A stretch of DNA of 64,000 nt. Origin: Rebecca billardiae RCC1528. Lineage: Eukaryota > Protista > Haptophyta. The notes below the pieces were generated by a model. It saw only the letters and a program-made list of their open reading frames with translations. It did not search any database and was not told the DNA's origin. The translations under genes were made by a program, and so were the position numbers. Of this stretch, positions 11,820-23,144 are shown one piece after another. Every line of letters starts with the position of its first letter. The stretch's first letter is position 1. The stretch lies in assembly GCA_965240325.2 (NCBI GenBank), contig OZ251233.1, forward strand, positions 372,001-436,000, in the 5' to 3' direction.

Positions 11820-14800
11820 ATGCAGCTCATGTTGCGCGCCGACGACCGGCAGCCACTGCGCGGCTCGCGTGAGTCCGCCGCGCCGGGGTCACACCCGCGG
11901 GCGAGCAACCCGCAGGCATCACCCTTGTCGCCCCTCGCCGACCGGCTCGCGAGCGCCGTGCGCACGGCGCATGCGCTGCGGCGCGCGGCGCTCCCGTCGC
12001 CTCCCTCGCTGATGCTCATCACCGATCCGGGTCCCGATCCGGACGACGTGAAGGTGCGCGCATCGGCCGCATGCGCGAGGCAGCGCTGCGCGTGCGCCAC
12101 CAGCCCGCGGTGCGCGCTCACGATTGTCGCGCGCGACCTGCCCCGCCCGCCGCAGGCGTTGCTGATCGCGGCGACGATGCATCGGCGCCGCCGCCTCACA
12201 CTCCGCGCGGTCGTGTGCAATGGCGGGCATCAGGCGCGCGAGCGCGCGAGGCTCGCGCGCTGCATCCTCGACCACCTCGGCGAGCACGACATCCCCGTTG
12301 GCCACGGCAGCGAGGGCAAGCCGTATGCGCCTCAGCCGCACGAGGTGTGGCGCGCGAGCGCCGCGACGCGCATGCGCGAGCGTGCGCGGACAGCGTGCAA
12401 TGGCCTGTGCGCTGCGCTGCGGGGTGCGAGCTGGGCATGCACCGGCCGCGTACCGCTCGCGAGCACGGCTGTAGCACACGCCCGACCCCGTGCCTCAGCT
12501 CACCCACTCTGCGCCGCGGCGTCGCTGCGCGCCCCACCGCTCACCTTGCCGGCCGCGCGCCGCGCGCTGCCGCCCCGCACACGGCGCGCACAGTACGCGA
12601 TCGAGGGGTTCGCCGACGTGCCGGACTCGCGGCTGGCGCCGGGTGGCCCGCTGATCCTGCGCACGCTCCGCGCCGCCGCGCCGGGAAGCCTCACCGTCGT
12701 GTGCATCTCCAGCCTGCGCGATCTGGCGGACGCGATGGCGGCTGAGCCCGAGCTCGTGCTCAGCCGCGTGGCGCAGGTGGCGGTGCAGGGCGGGCTGGTG
12801 TGGGCGGAGGGCGCGGAGGGCGGCGGGCGGTGGGTGCCGGACACGAGCGTGAACAACGGTGCGCGCGGCGCGCGCCGAGAGCGCACGCGCGCGCCACTGC
12901 GCCGCGCGGCGGGCGACTCGGCCCGGCGCCCACCGCACTGAGCGGCGCCGGCCCCCCGCGCGCGCCGCGCATGCGCGCGCGCGCATGCGCGCGCGCGCGT
13001 CCGCGTCCGCGCCGCGCCTCGCCCCACCGGTGGCGGCGGTGGCGCAGAGTTTGACCCGGAGGCGGCAGCCGCCGTGTACGACTTTTGCTTTGAGCGCGGC
13101 CTCCCCATGACCGTGACGAGCCGGAACGCAGTGCCGCTCCTGCCGATGCAGGCACGCGCGAGCGCGCGCGCGCGCGCGTGCGGCCCACTCGCGGCGGCGG
13201 CGCAGCCGGCGCCGCGCGCGCACCCGCCGCGGCGCCAGCCGACGCTCGCGCGCGCCGCGTGTGCCGGGAGGCATGCGCGCGTGCCGCAGACGCGCGTCCC
13301 ACATGACACCTCGTGCACCCCGCCCCTCCCCCGCCGCTCGCCGCCCCGCCCCCCGCCCTCCGCACCGCGTGCGCGCGCGTCCTGACCTCCGGAGCAGCTC
13401 GCCAACTCGTTTGCGCAGCGCACGGCGTGCCCGGTGCTGGCGTACCTGGCGGCATCGCAGGCGCTCGGGCTGGAGGGGCTGTGGCGCAAGCTGTGCGCGG
13501 GCGGGCTGCCCGCGCGCTGCACCAAGCAGTGGTACTTTGAGACCTTCTGCGGCGTCGACGCCGACGCCTTCCGCCGCGCACAGCTCGACGCCCTCGGCGC
13601 GGACGCGCGCATCTCTGCGCACCTCAACGGGTGCGCGCGGCCGCGCGGCGGTTACAACGGCCGTTACGGGCCAAGCGGCGGTTACAACGGCCGTTACGGG
13701 CCGAGCCGCGCAAGCCGTCGCCGGGCTCGCGCCGCGCGTGAGCGCGCGCGCTCACGGCGCCGCGCGCGGGGGCGGCGTGGATGCGCGGAGGGCGGCTGCC
13801 CCGCACTCCTGCAGCGCTCCTCCTGCAGCGCTCCTCCTGCAGCGCTAGCGCTGGGTGCAACAAGGGGCTGCAAGAGCAACCAAGCACCGCGGCCCCGGCC
13901 GTGCGGTGGCAGAGCCGGGCCCGCAGCCCAAGGCCCCGCCCTTCCTCGCGCGGCCGGCCGGCCCTGACTCCGCGTGCCCTCCCCCGCCCCGCGCCCCGCC
14001 GGCCCCACGCCCCGCCCGGCCGCGTGCTCCCTGCCCGCGCGCGCGCTCGGCCGCCTTGCGCGCGCCTGCACCGCCTTGCGCGCGCATGCACCATGCAGGT
14101 TCGTCAAGCCGTACGACGTGGTGGCGCTGATGACGGTGCTGCCGGGCACGGCGGAGCAGCTCTTCACCGCGGCGGCGGCGACGAGCGTGCGCGGCACGCG
14201 GCACCTGCTGCTGCTCGAGGCCGAGCACTGCGTGCACGTGGGCGGCGTGCTCAACTTGCTGCGCGACACGTACCACCTGGTCGCGCTGCGCACGGCAGAG
14301 CTGGGCGGCGGGGCACAGCACTCAGGGAGCGAGGCGGAGGAGGCGGAGGAGGCGGCGGACGTGGCGGACGTGGAGGCTGGCGGCGGGCCCGGGCCGCGGC
14401 CGGCGCGCGCGCCAAGCGCCGCGGGCGCGGGCGCGGGCGTCGGCGCGGGCGCCGACGTGGGCGGCGGCGGGGGCGGCGGTCTCGGCGCGCGGCTTGCCCT
14501 TGGCTGGTTGCGCCCGGCTGGCCGCTGGCTGGCGCGCACGCGGCGCGGCACGGCGGATGGCGGCGGCAGCTGGCGCAGCAGCCGGGGCAGCGGCCGCGGC
14601 ATCGGTCCGAGCGCGCCCCACTCACCCTCGCGCTCCTTCGGCGGCGGCGTGCAGCGCGGCCCCCGCCGCTCCGGGCAGCGCGCGCCTCGGCTCTCCAGTC
14701 GCTCGCACTCGCCCGCCGCGCGCAGCCGGCGCGGCAGCCGCGGCCGCGGCGCGGCTGCGCTGGGCGCGGCCGCCGGGCCGACGGCGGACGGCGGCGCGTC

Positions 14801-16335
14801 GGGGCGCGGGCGCGGGCTCCGGCAGCGCTCCCGCCAGCTCTCAGAGCGCGAGTTCGGGGCGCACATCGGCGTGCGCCGGCTGAGCCCGCTGGTGCAGCGA
14901 CGCTTTGCGCACGCGCCGCGCACGCCGGCGCCGGCCGAGGCGGCCGCGCCGGCGGCGGACGCGGGGCCCGGCGGCGGCACGGGCGCTGCCGGCGGCGATG
15001 GCGGCGGCGCGGCCGACGCGCGCCGAGCCGCCGACGCCGCGCCGCGCGCGCCGGCCGAGAGCGGCGCTTCCGACGCGCGCGCGCCGACCGCCGTCGAGAT
15101 GGCGGCGCACGCGAGCGCGGCGTCGGCGCGCGTCGCGCCTGTGCTGCAGCCCATGACCGACGCCGAGCTGTGCGCGCTGCTGGAGGCGGCGCTCGCCTCC
15201 GCGCGCGCGCTCAACCAGCGCATCGCCCTCGCGGTGCTGCTCGGCTGCGCCGCGCTCTGCGCCTTTGCCCTCACGTACGCGTTTCTGTCCAGCTTCGCCG
15301 GCTGGGCGCCGCTCGGCGCCGCGCCGCGCGGGGAAGGCGGCAGCGGCCTGGCTCGGTCCGGCTTGGTGCGCGCTGCCGAGGAGCTTCTGGTGCTGCTAGC
15401 GTATGCGCTGCTGGGCGCGGTGCTGCTCGTGCTGCACCCCTCCGACGCCGAGCGCGTGCGCATCCGCGCGGCCGCGGGCGCGATCGGAGTGCTGATCGCG
15501 ACGGTCGCGGCCTTCCAGGCCGCCATGGCCGCCTCGATGCTCGCCGGCACCGCCCCGCCGGCGGTGGACGCGTACTGGGGTGCGCGCGCCTCGGCCGAGC
15601 GCCAGCTGCTCGCGTTTGCCGTGCCGTGCGCGCTGCGGCTGTGCGTGAGCGCCGCCCTCTTTGCCAGGCTGGGTGTGCACTGGCGGCGGCCGGACGCCGT
15701 GCTGCGGGCGGCGTGGCTGGCCGTGGGCTGCGTCACGCTGCTGTCCGCGTGCAGCAAGCTGGACCACGCCGTCGCCATCCTCGCCGCCGCGACGCACGCG
15801 CGCACGGCGCAGCGGCTGCCGCCGCCGCCGCACCTCCTCGTCGGCTTCAGCTGCGCGCTGGTGTGCGCGTACGGCTGCCTCGCGCTGGCCGTGCTCCACG
15901 AGCCCACGCGCGCGCGGCTGCAGGCGCGGCTGGCCGTGCTCATCGGCGCGTCCAGCGGCGCGGCGCCGCTCGCGCCCTTCGTCGGGTACGGCTCGCTCGG
16001 CGGGCCGCGCCTCCCGTCCGAGCTCGTGCGCGCGGCCGGCGCGACGTTTGAGGCCGTCGTGCTCGACGCGCGCGCGCTCGCTGCCGCCGAGGAGGAGGCG
16101 GAGGCGGAGGAGGCGTGCGGGCGCGCCGGTGGGTTGGGGGACGGGCGCGGGCTGTTCGGCCACACGCGCCTCTCCCCGCAGGCGACGGTCGCCGCCGCCG
16201 CGGCGGTGTGCGCGGCGTGCCAAGTCGATGCCGGCGCGCGCCGCGCCGCGAGCGGCGGCGCGGGCGGCGGCGCGCTCGGCCGCCCCGCCGCCCTGGTGCC
16301 GTCGTGCGTGGGGCTCTTCCTGCCGGGGTCGGCGC

Positions 16336-16366
<31 letters not shown>

Positions 16367-17561
16367 GCGCGCCGCAGCCACGGCGCGCAAGGCCAGCAGC
16401 CGCGCGAGCTCCACAGCCACCGCCGCCACCGACCTCTCCTCCTCCGCCGCCACGTCACGCCGCTGCTCGGACGCGCCCTCGCGACGCGCCTCCTCGCGGC
16501 TGCCGAGCGCGGGCCGCTCACGCCGGCGGAGCGCGGAGGCGGACGGCGGCGCCGAGGGCGGCGGAGGCGAGGGCGCCGAGGCGGAGGCGGAGCGCGGCTC
16601 GGCGGCGGCCTGCGCGGCGTGGTCGGAGGAGGAGGGGTCGCCAGCCCATCCGCGCGCGGCCGCGGACGGCGCGCACGCCGAGGCAGGGGCGGCGGCGCCG
16701 GCCTCCGCGCCGAGCGCCGAGCCGCCGACGCCGCGCGCCGACGCATTCGTCCTCCACGCGCCCGGCGGCTCGTCGCGCGCCAAGCTGCGCGCGCTGCGCG
16801 TGTGGGCGTGCGCGCACGCGCGCACGCGCGACGCGCCGCCGCGCGTGCTCATCGACCAGCTGTGCGCGCAGCCGACGCCGAGCGCGGCGCACGAGCGGCT
16901 GCAGCACGCGCTGCCGCACCTCGCGCGCTGCGAGCGGCTGCTCGTGCTCGCCGCGCCCGGGCTGATGGAGGAGCTGTGGTGCTCGAGCGTGCTCTTCCTC
17001 TGGCTCGCGCTCGGCGGCCGGCTGGACGACGTGGACGTGGTCTACGCGTGCTGCGCGGACGGCGAGGAGGACGAGGACGACGACGCGGACGCCGACGGCG
17101 GCGCAGAGGCGAGTGCCGCGCGCGCCGACGGCGGCGCGCACGCTGCGCCCGCCTCGGCCGCGCGGCCGCGCCACCGCCGCGCCGTGCAGGACGTGATCGC
17201 CGCTGTCGACTCGTTCCACGTGATGCACACAGAGCACGGCGCCGCGCACGCCAACCCCGCCAGCGTCGGCGCGACGCTGATGCACGCCGTCGAGCTGGCT
17301 GGCGTGAGCCGGTACAACCACACGGTGCGCGAGTTCCTGCCTCTCATCGCCCGCGCCGGCCAGCACGCGCTCGAGGCCTCGGCGCAGCCGCCGGCGCGCA
17401 CTGCCGGGCCGCCGCCGACGGGGCGAGGACACGGCGAGGCCGGGGCCGCTTTGGACCAGACGAGCGGTGGCAGCCCGCCCGATGGTGATGGCGGCGGCGC
17501 GTCGTCTGGGATTCAGCTCGCCGTGCCGGCTGGCCGGCACGCTGCTCACCAGTGGCAGTAG
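11820..17561 (+). CDS. Fusion protein: nucleoside-hydrolase-like domain + low-complexity linker + ~6 TM helices + TIR-like domain; 6 exons
   Basis: NH-like motifs LITDPGPDPDD, VCISSLRDLA, SVNNEFDPEAA, KPYDVVA. TM block at ~15220-15900. C-terminal ADAFVLH...AKLRALRVW...PRVLIDQLC...LARCERLLVLA...ELWCSSVLF. Introns 12054-12155, 12345-12593, 12859-13047, 13152-13397 (GC-AG), 13631-14098. Confidence 0.8.
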
Positions 17562-18003
17562 TGCCACACCGCAGGCCGCCAGCAAGACCGGAAGACCGCG
17601 CGCCACGTCAGACTCGTCAGTACCAGATGCTGGTGAAGATTGTAGATGGCCGCGCGTGCCGTCGTGGCGCAGCACTCCTGCGCTGCTGATGATGCCGTCG
17701 CGCATCGTCCGATTCTCGGTAGCAGGTCTACGATTGCGGAGATGCTGCGCGCTGAGAGGGCCGGCCGAGCGCCACCTGCTAGAGCTAGCACTCGTACCGC
17801 AGTAGCGACTAGGCAGCGGCGTCGACGACGCAGCAGCGCAGGCTTCGTCCGGCCGCGGCGCCTCGCGCGCCCGCGCATAGTAGAGCTATAGTGCGCTCAC
17901 GGCTCATTCATCCACCCCGTCGTCGTGCCTCGTGCTGACTCGGAACTCATCTATAATATAATCGTCTCGTTCCGAGTCAGCGCAAGGCCTCCGTGAGATG
18001 TCG

Positions 18004-19119
18004 TCATGAGAGATGTTCCGACCACGTGAACCATCGCAGCCATTTGGACGCCGGGAAGACGTACGTGTAGCGCCTCAAGCCGAGCAGGTCGAGCACGTAG
18101 TTGACAGACAGCTGCTCCCTCCTGCTCAAGACGGTGATCTCGGTGTGCCAGGCGCACTCGAGCGCTGCGATCGCCAAGCGCGGCTCCAGCAGCGGGCAGC
18201 CGCTGAACGGGTAGGTGGGCGGCGTGCGCACCGTGACGAGCATGGCCGTGTCGATAAGCCCGGGCCAGCCGTTGTACGCCTGCTCCTCGCTGTACCGCGC
18301 GTACAGCGCGTCGATGTCCGCGAGGTCCTGCTGCAGGCCGGGCCGGCGCTGCCCCCGCACGTGCCTCTTCGTGTGGCCCACCTCGTTCCATTTGTCGTGC
18401 GGAGGCCCGCGCGAGAGGTAGTGCGCGAACGAGATGTACGGCAGCTTCGTCTGCTTGCGTATCTGCTTGAGCAGCGCGCTCACGCTCATGCCCTTCAGGT
18501 GCATCTTCCCGTCGAGCCAGAGCGTGAACTGTGCGTGCGGGAAGAGCTGCATGCTCGCCGTCTTGAGCGACACGCTCGTGCGCGCGGCCGACTGAAAGAT
18601 GGGCGGCCGTGGCAGCTCGATCACGTTCCATCTGGCAGCCGCGGCTTGGCCAGTGGGGCGCTGGGGCGATGGCGCCGCGCGCTCAGGCATGTCGGTGAAG
18701 AGCACCGCGCATTTGTACGTGTCGCTCGCTGCGGAGGTGAACACTGGCGGAGGTGCGACCGGATCCGTCCCGCCCACGATGGCGGAGAACAGGACTATAC
18801 TGCAGTTTCCAGTCTCGGCGTGCACGCGGGCGAGCCATGCCCGCGCGGCGGCGGAGCGGAAGCCACAGTGCGCGCGTGCTGGCCTCTCCGCGGCCCGATC
18901 GGTGTCGCCGTGAGGAAGGAGCGCGTTCATGCAATCGTCGCGCACGCCTGCCGGCGCGCAGTGTGCGCTGCATCGCTGCGCGAGGGCGAGCGTGCTGTTG
19001 CGTAGGGCCTCTGTGACGCACCCGTGGAACTGGCTCGTGCACGGGCTCGGAGCCCCCGTCGATGTTTCCACGATGGCGAGGAAGACGCGCACGACGAAGA
19101 GCCAGCGAGCATCAGCCAT
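18004..19119 (-). CDS. DUF616 / TOD1-MUCI70 glycosyltransferase-like protein
   Basis: Signal-anchor N-terminus; VLFSAIVGGTD, CAVLFTD, W..IEL, LK...QLFP..QFTLWLDGK, IDTAML, REQLSVNYVL. Intronless. Confidence 0.8.
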   Translation of the reverse strand: MADARWLFVVRVFLAIVETSTGAPSPCTSQFHGCVTEALRNSTLALAQRCSAHCAPAGVRDDCMNALLPHGDTDRAAERPARAHCGFRSAAARAWLARVHAETGNCSIVLFSAIVGGTDPVAPPPVFTSAASDTYKCAVLFTDMPERAAPSPQRPTGQAAAARWNVIELPRPPIFQSAARTSVSLKTASMQLFPHAQFTLWLDGKMHLKGMSVSALLKQIRKQTKLPYISFAHYLSRGPPHDKWNEVGHTKRHVRGQRRPGLQQDLADIDALYARYSEEQAYNGWPGLIDTAMLVTVRTPPTYPFSGCPLLEPRLAIAALECAWHTEITVLSRREQLSVNYVLDLLGLRRYTYVFPASKWLRWFTWSEHLS

Positions 19120-19382
19120 GCTGATGATGAATAACAGCGCCAAAATTTAATCTCAAATCTTTGCCAAGCCGCCGAGTCCGGCGGCCAGCAGCTCGTCTGG
19201 AGATCGGCTGATGGGGAAAGACGTCCTAGGTCTCCGATAACCAGGATGATGTCAGAATCAAGCTCGGATGAAAATGTATGACTGTGACGACAACGCCCTC
19301 CGCCGCCGCCTCCACCCGCAAGCTCGCCGTCGCAGCCGCGACTGTACGTCCTCGGGAGCGACACTGGACTGTCGGTCCAACC

Positions 19383-20992
19383 ATGGCGTCGGTGCGCGGC
19401 CTGATTGGGGCCGCGACGGGCGTGCTCATGTTTGGGACGAACTACATTGTACGTGCGCCGGCCCGCCTCGCCCGCCCTCCGCGCCGCATGGCTCTCGTTG
19501 GCGATGGGGCGCGTTGCGCGTCGTGCCTCATGCCTGTGCCCATCCATCGCGCGCGCCGCTGCAGCCGGTGCGTCGGTACGAGACTTACGACGGCGCCATG
19601 TTCCAGTGGATGATGTCAAACGGCATCCTCGGCTTCGGGCTGCTCGTCCGAGCCTTCTTCGGCGGCAGCGTGCAAAGGTACGGCCTCCTCGGCGGCGCGC
19701 TGTGGGCGGTGTCCAACTTCCTCGTCCTGCCGGTCGTCAAATTGCTTGGCCTCGGCGTGGGCTTCGCGCTGTACCACGTGGTCAACCTGATGGTCGGGTA
19801 CATGGTGGGCCGCCTCGGCCTCTTCGGCGCGCCGCGCGACGAGGCCTCGATCCCGCTGCTGCGCGACGCGAGCGTGCTGATGCTCGCGCTGTCGTTTGTC
19901 TTCATGCTGCGGGTCGAGCCTCACATGAGCGACGGCGCCGCCGACGCCGGCGAGGACGCGCACTCGCAGATGTTCTCGGCGGAATCCGAGCCCGCGTCGT
20001 CCGTCGACCTGCGCGACATGCTGGGGCACCTCGACACCGTGAGCCCCGAGAGACAACAACAACACCGGGGCGCCGCCGGCCGCGACCCGTATCGCGCGGA
20101 GCTGCTGGACGAGCAGCAGCGCGCGCGTGCACGGCAGGCGGACACCGAGGCGTGCGCGAGCTCGGAGGGCACGGTGGGCTCGCGCAGAGGGACGCAGAGC
20201 ACGCCCGCCCTCTCCACCGTGTCCAACGCGGCCGTCGGCATCGCCGGCTCCGCCTCCGCCGCGCTGCTCTCGATCGGCCAGGGCGTCGCCGTCGGCATCA
20301 ACGCGGACGTGCGCCGCCGCCCCGTCTACTACCTCAACATGCAGCGGCACGTGCGGACGACGGGGGTGCTGGTGAGCTCGCCCATCTTGAGCCAGGGCGT
20401 GGGCAGGTCGCGGACGGCGCCAGGGCTCTCGGTCGGTGCCGCCGAGGCCGCGCCCGAGGCCGCGCCCTCGCTGCACGCCAGCGCGTGCCGCACGATTGCG
20501 ACGGTCGTCGCCGGCGTGGGCGCGCGCGGCCTCGGCGTGATGCTCGCCGTGCTCGCCGGCGCGACGACGGGGCTGAACGCGGTGCCGTTCGACATCTGGA
20601 ACGCGACGGTGCGCCCGCCGGGCGTCTCGACGCTCACCTTCGTCTTCTCCTCGACGGTTGGCGTGTACACCGCCTCGACCGTCATGTACCTCCTGTACGG
20701 CGCGGCCGCGGCGATGCGCCACCCTGCGCTCACGATGAAGCACTCGCCCGTGCGGCCGGCGTACCTCTCGGGCTTCATGTGGGCGGTCGGCTCCGCGGGG
20801 CAGATGGTGGCGATCGAGGAGCTGGGGATGGCCGAGGCATACGTCATCTGCGCCATCGGGCCGGTGATGGTCTCCGCGCTCGTCTCTGCGCTCGTGTTCG
20901 GCGAGATCCAGGGCCGCGCCAACGTGATTGCCTTCTGCGCCGCGCTCGGCATGCAGTTCACGGGCGTGGCCATGCTCGCCCTCGGCTCATGA
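19383..20992 (+). CDS. TMEM144-family (DMT superfamily) transporter, 2 exons
   Basis: Intron 19449-19564 gives FGTNYIPVRRYETYDGAMFQWMM; also GGALWAVSN...LGLGVG...GRLGLFG, PAYLSGFMW, GPVMVSAL...FGEIQG. Confidence 0.85.
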
Positions 20993-21044
20993 GCACTCGT
21001 CGCCCGAGGGTCGCGCATACGAAGTCCTCTTAAGACGACGGATG

Positions 21045-21087
<43 letters not shown>

Positions 21088-21135
21088 CTACAGCAGAGCG
21101 CGCAGCGTAATGATGTATTATATATATATATATAT

Positions 21136-23058
21136 GACCGCGTTCCGCGGTCCTTCCGTAGAACCAACGTAGTTAGGGGCCCGCGGTGCACCCTCCGTCG
21201 GCTGCTGTCTCAGTCTGGTCAACATGGCGGGCCGATGAGGACTGTCGCCGCGGGCCCGCGCGAAGAACTCAGAAGTACGGACGGCGGCCGGGGCAGCGGC
21301 GCGCGCGCGCAGGGCGAGCCTGCCTTGAGGTGCTCGCGCTGCGCCACGCGCTCGACGACGGGCCGCTGGTCGCTCAGCCGGCGCGCCTCGTGCCGGCAGA
21401 GCGAGAGCGCGCACCACTCTGCTGGCCCCACCCCCAGCGGCCCCAGCCTGCGCTCACGGCGCTGCGCAGCCGCGCACCGAGAGGCGAGACCGAGCGGAGC
21501 TCGGGGTGGAACGAGGCGAGCGGCGGGTCGCGCCTGCCGCCCGCGCGTGCGCGCCTGCTCCACCGCGCCACCGTGCTCGCCCGCCGCCTCCTCCGCCGCG
21601 TCGGCCTCGAAGCCACGGCGGCGGCCAGCCAGCCTCCGACCGAGGCGGAGCCCGTGCGTGCTCACTCACCCGGCGCGGTGGCGCCCTCGAGTCGACGGCC
21701 GTCTACTCCACAGCTGGCTGCTCGAGCTGCTGCACGGGGCGTCGCGACGAGGGCGCCGCGCGCGCCCAGCGCGTCCGTCGCCGCGTCGCGCAGCGCGTCG
21801 AGCTCGGCGCCGCGCTTCGCCAGCTCGGCGCCCAGCGACTCCGTGCGCACTCGTGCTCATTCGATTGTCGTCATCGCGCTCGTCGGCTCCGTGGCGAGCC
21901 CGCGGGGCGGACGAGCGGACTACTGCGCGCCGCAGCAGGAGCAGCGCGCGGCGCGCAGCGCTCCGCGCGCAGCAGGGCCGTCTCCTCATCCACCGAGTGC
22001 ACGGCCTGCGCGGCGGGCGACGGCGGCGCGCGCCGCCGCGGGGGGACGCACGCGCTGCGGGCCGAGATGAGTCCGGCCGCCGAGCCGCGGTGGCGGCGTC
22101 GGCGTGCGCGCCGGGCGAGGTGGGCGAGCTCACGCGGCCCGGGCTCAGCACGCCCGTGCACAGCGCCGGCCGCGGTGGCGAGCGCGCACCGCTCGGCCGC
22201 GGTGGCAACCGGCTGAGCGGTTGATGTTTGAAGCCGCGAGGTCAGCGACGTCTCCGATGACTCGGCCATGATTGTGGTCCTCCTTCGCCCACGGGTGCTT
22301 TGTCGACCATCCGCTGGAGGCGCGCCAACGTCGGTACGGACAGCGCCTGCTTGAGCGTCGTGATGTGCATCAGCTCGATCGAGCCGGCCGAAGATGGGCC
22401 CGCCGACGGCGATGATCATGATGTGCGCGCTTGCCGCTTGGGCACCCGTCCTCGTCGCGAGACGCTGGCGGGCGGGTAACCCGTTTTTCTTTTGACATTG
22501 TGGCAAAGGAGGTTCATCCATCGAGGCAGGCGGGTAACTTGGTTTAACCAGCGCTATTCAAAACAATCCCTTCATTATGACACAGGTCGGTTCATCCATC
22601 GAGGCAGACGGGTAACTTGGTTGGACAAGCGCTATTGAAAAGAATCTCTTTTAATATGACGAGGCGGTTCATTCATCGAGGCAGGCGGGTAACGTATTTG
22701 AACAAGCATTATTTAAAAGAATCTGGCCTCATAGCTGTTTTCGACCCAAAACAATCAAACGTCGCTCGGCAAACTCGTACTTCAGCATACAAGAGGGGTA
22801 GGAATACTCACTTGTTTCACCCCGGGGTATCTGATCCCACGTCCGTCCATAGTAGATACAAGAATTGCAGCGGGCGCGGCCTTTTAAGCTGTGATGGACA
22901 GCATACCCCCCCTCAAAAAGTCGAAAACTCACCCTCCAACAGCCCTCAAAATCGTCCCCCATCCCCTTTTCTTTGATCAAAAGATCTTTTTGACAACGTA
23001 GTGAGGGCCCCCGGCGGGGCTCCACGCTACGCGCTCCGCCCTTCACCGCGGGCCATAA

Positions 23059-23062
<4 letters not shown>
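21136..23062. mobile_element. Putative unclassified element bounded by (TA)n on both sides
   Basis: 5' hairpin gaccgcg-ttc-cgcggtc. Subterminal inverted 11-mer ggcccgcggtg (21178-21188) / caccgcgggcc (23044-23054). Direct repeat caacgtagt (21165, 22994). Broken minus-strand ORFs and internal tandem repeats. Confidence 0.45.
22511..22728. repeat. Three diverged ~78-bp AT-richer tandem units
   Basis: ggttcatccatcgaggcag(g/a)cgggtaac... at about 22511, 22589 and 22666. Confidence 0.85.

Positions 23063-23141
<79 letters not shown>
23063..23141. repeat. (TA)n microsatellite, ~39 units
   Basis: Directly visible. Confidence 0.98.

Positions 23142-23144
<3 letters not shown>

Noticed and set aside
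13694-16852. 1052-aa antisense ORF and similar Arg/Ala/Pro-rich ORFs across the window
   Set aside because: Antisense or alternate-frame shadows of real genes in very high-GC DNA.
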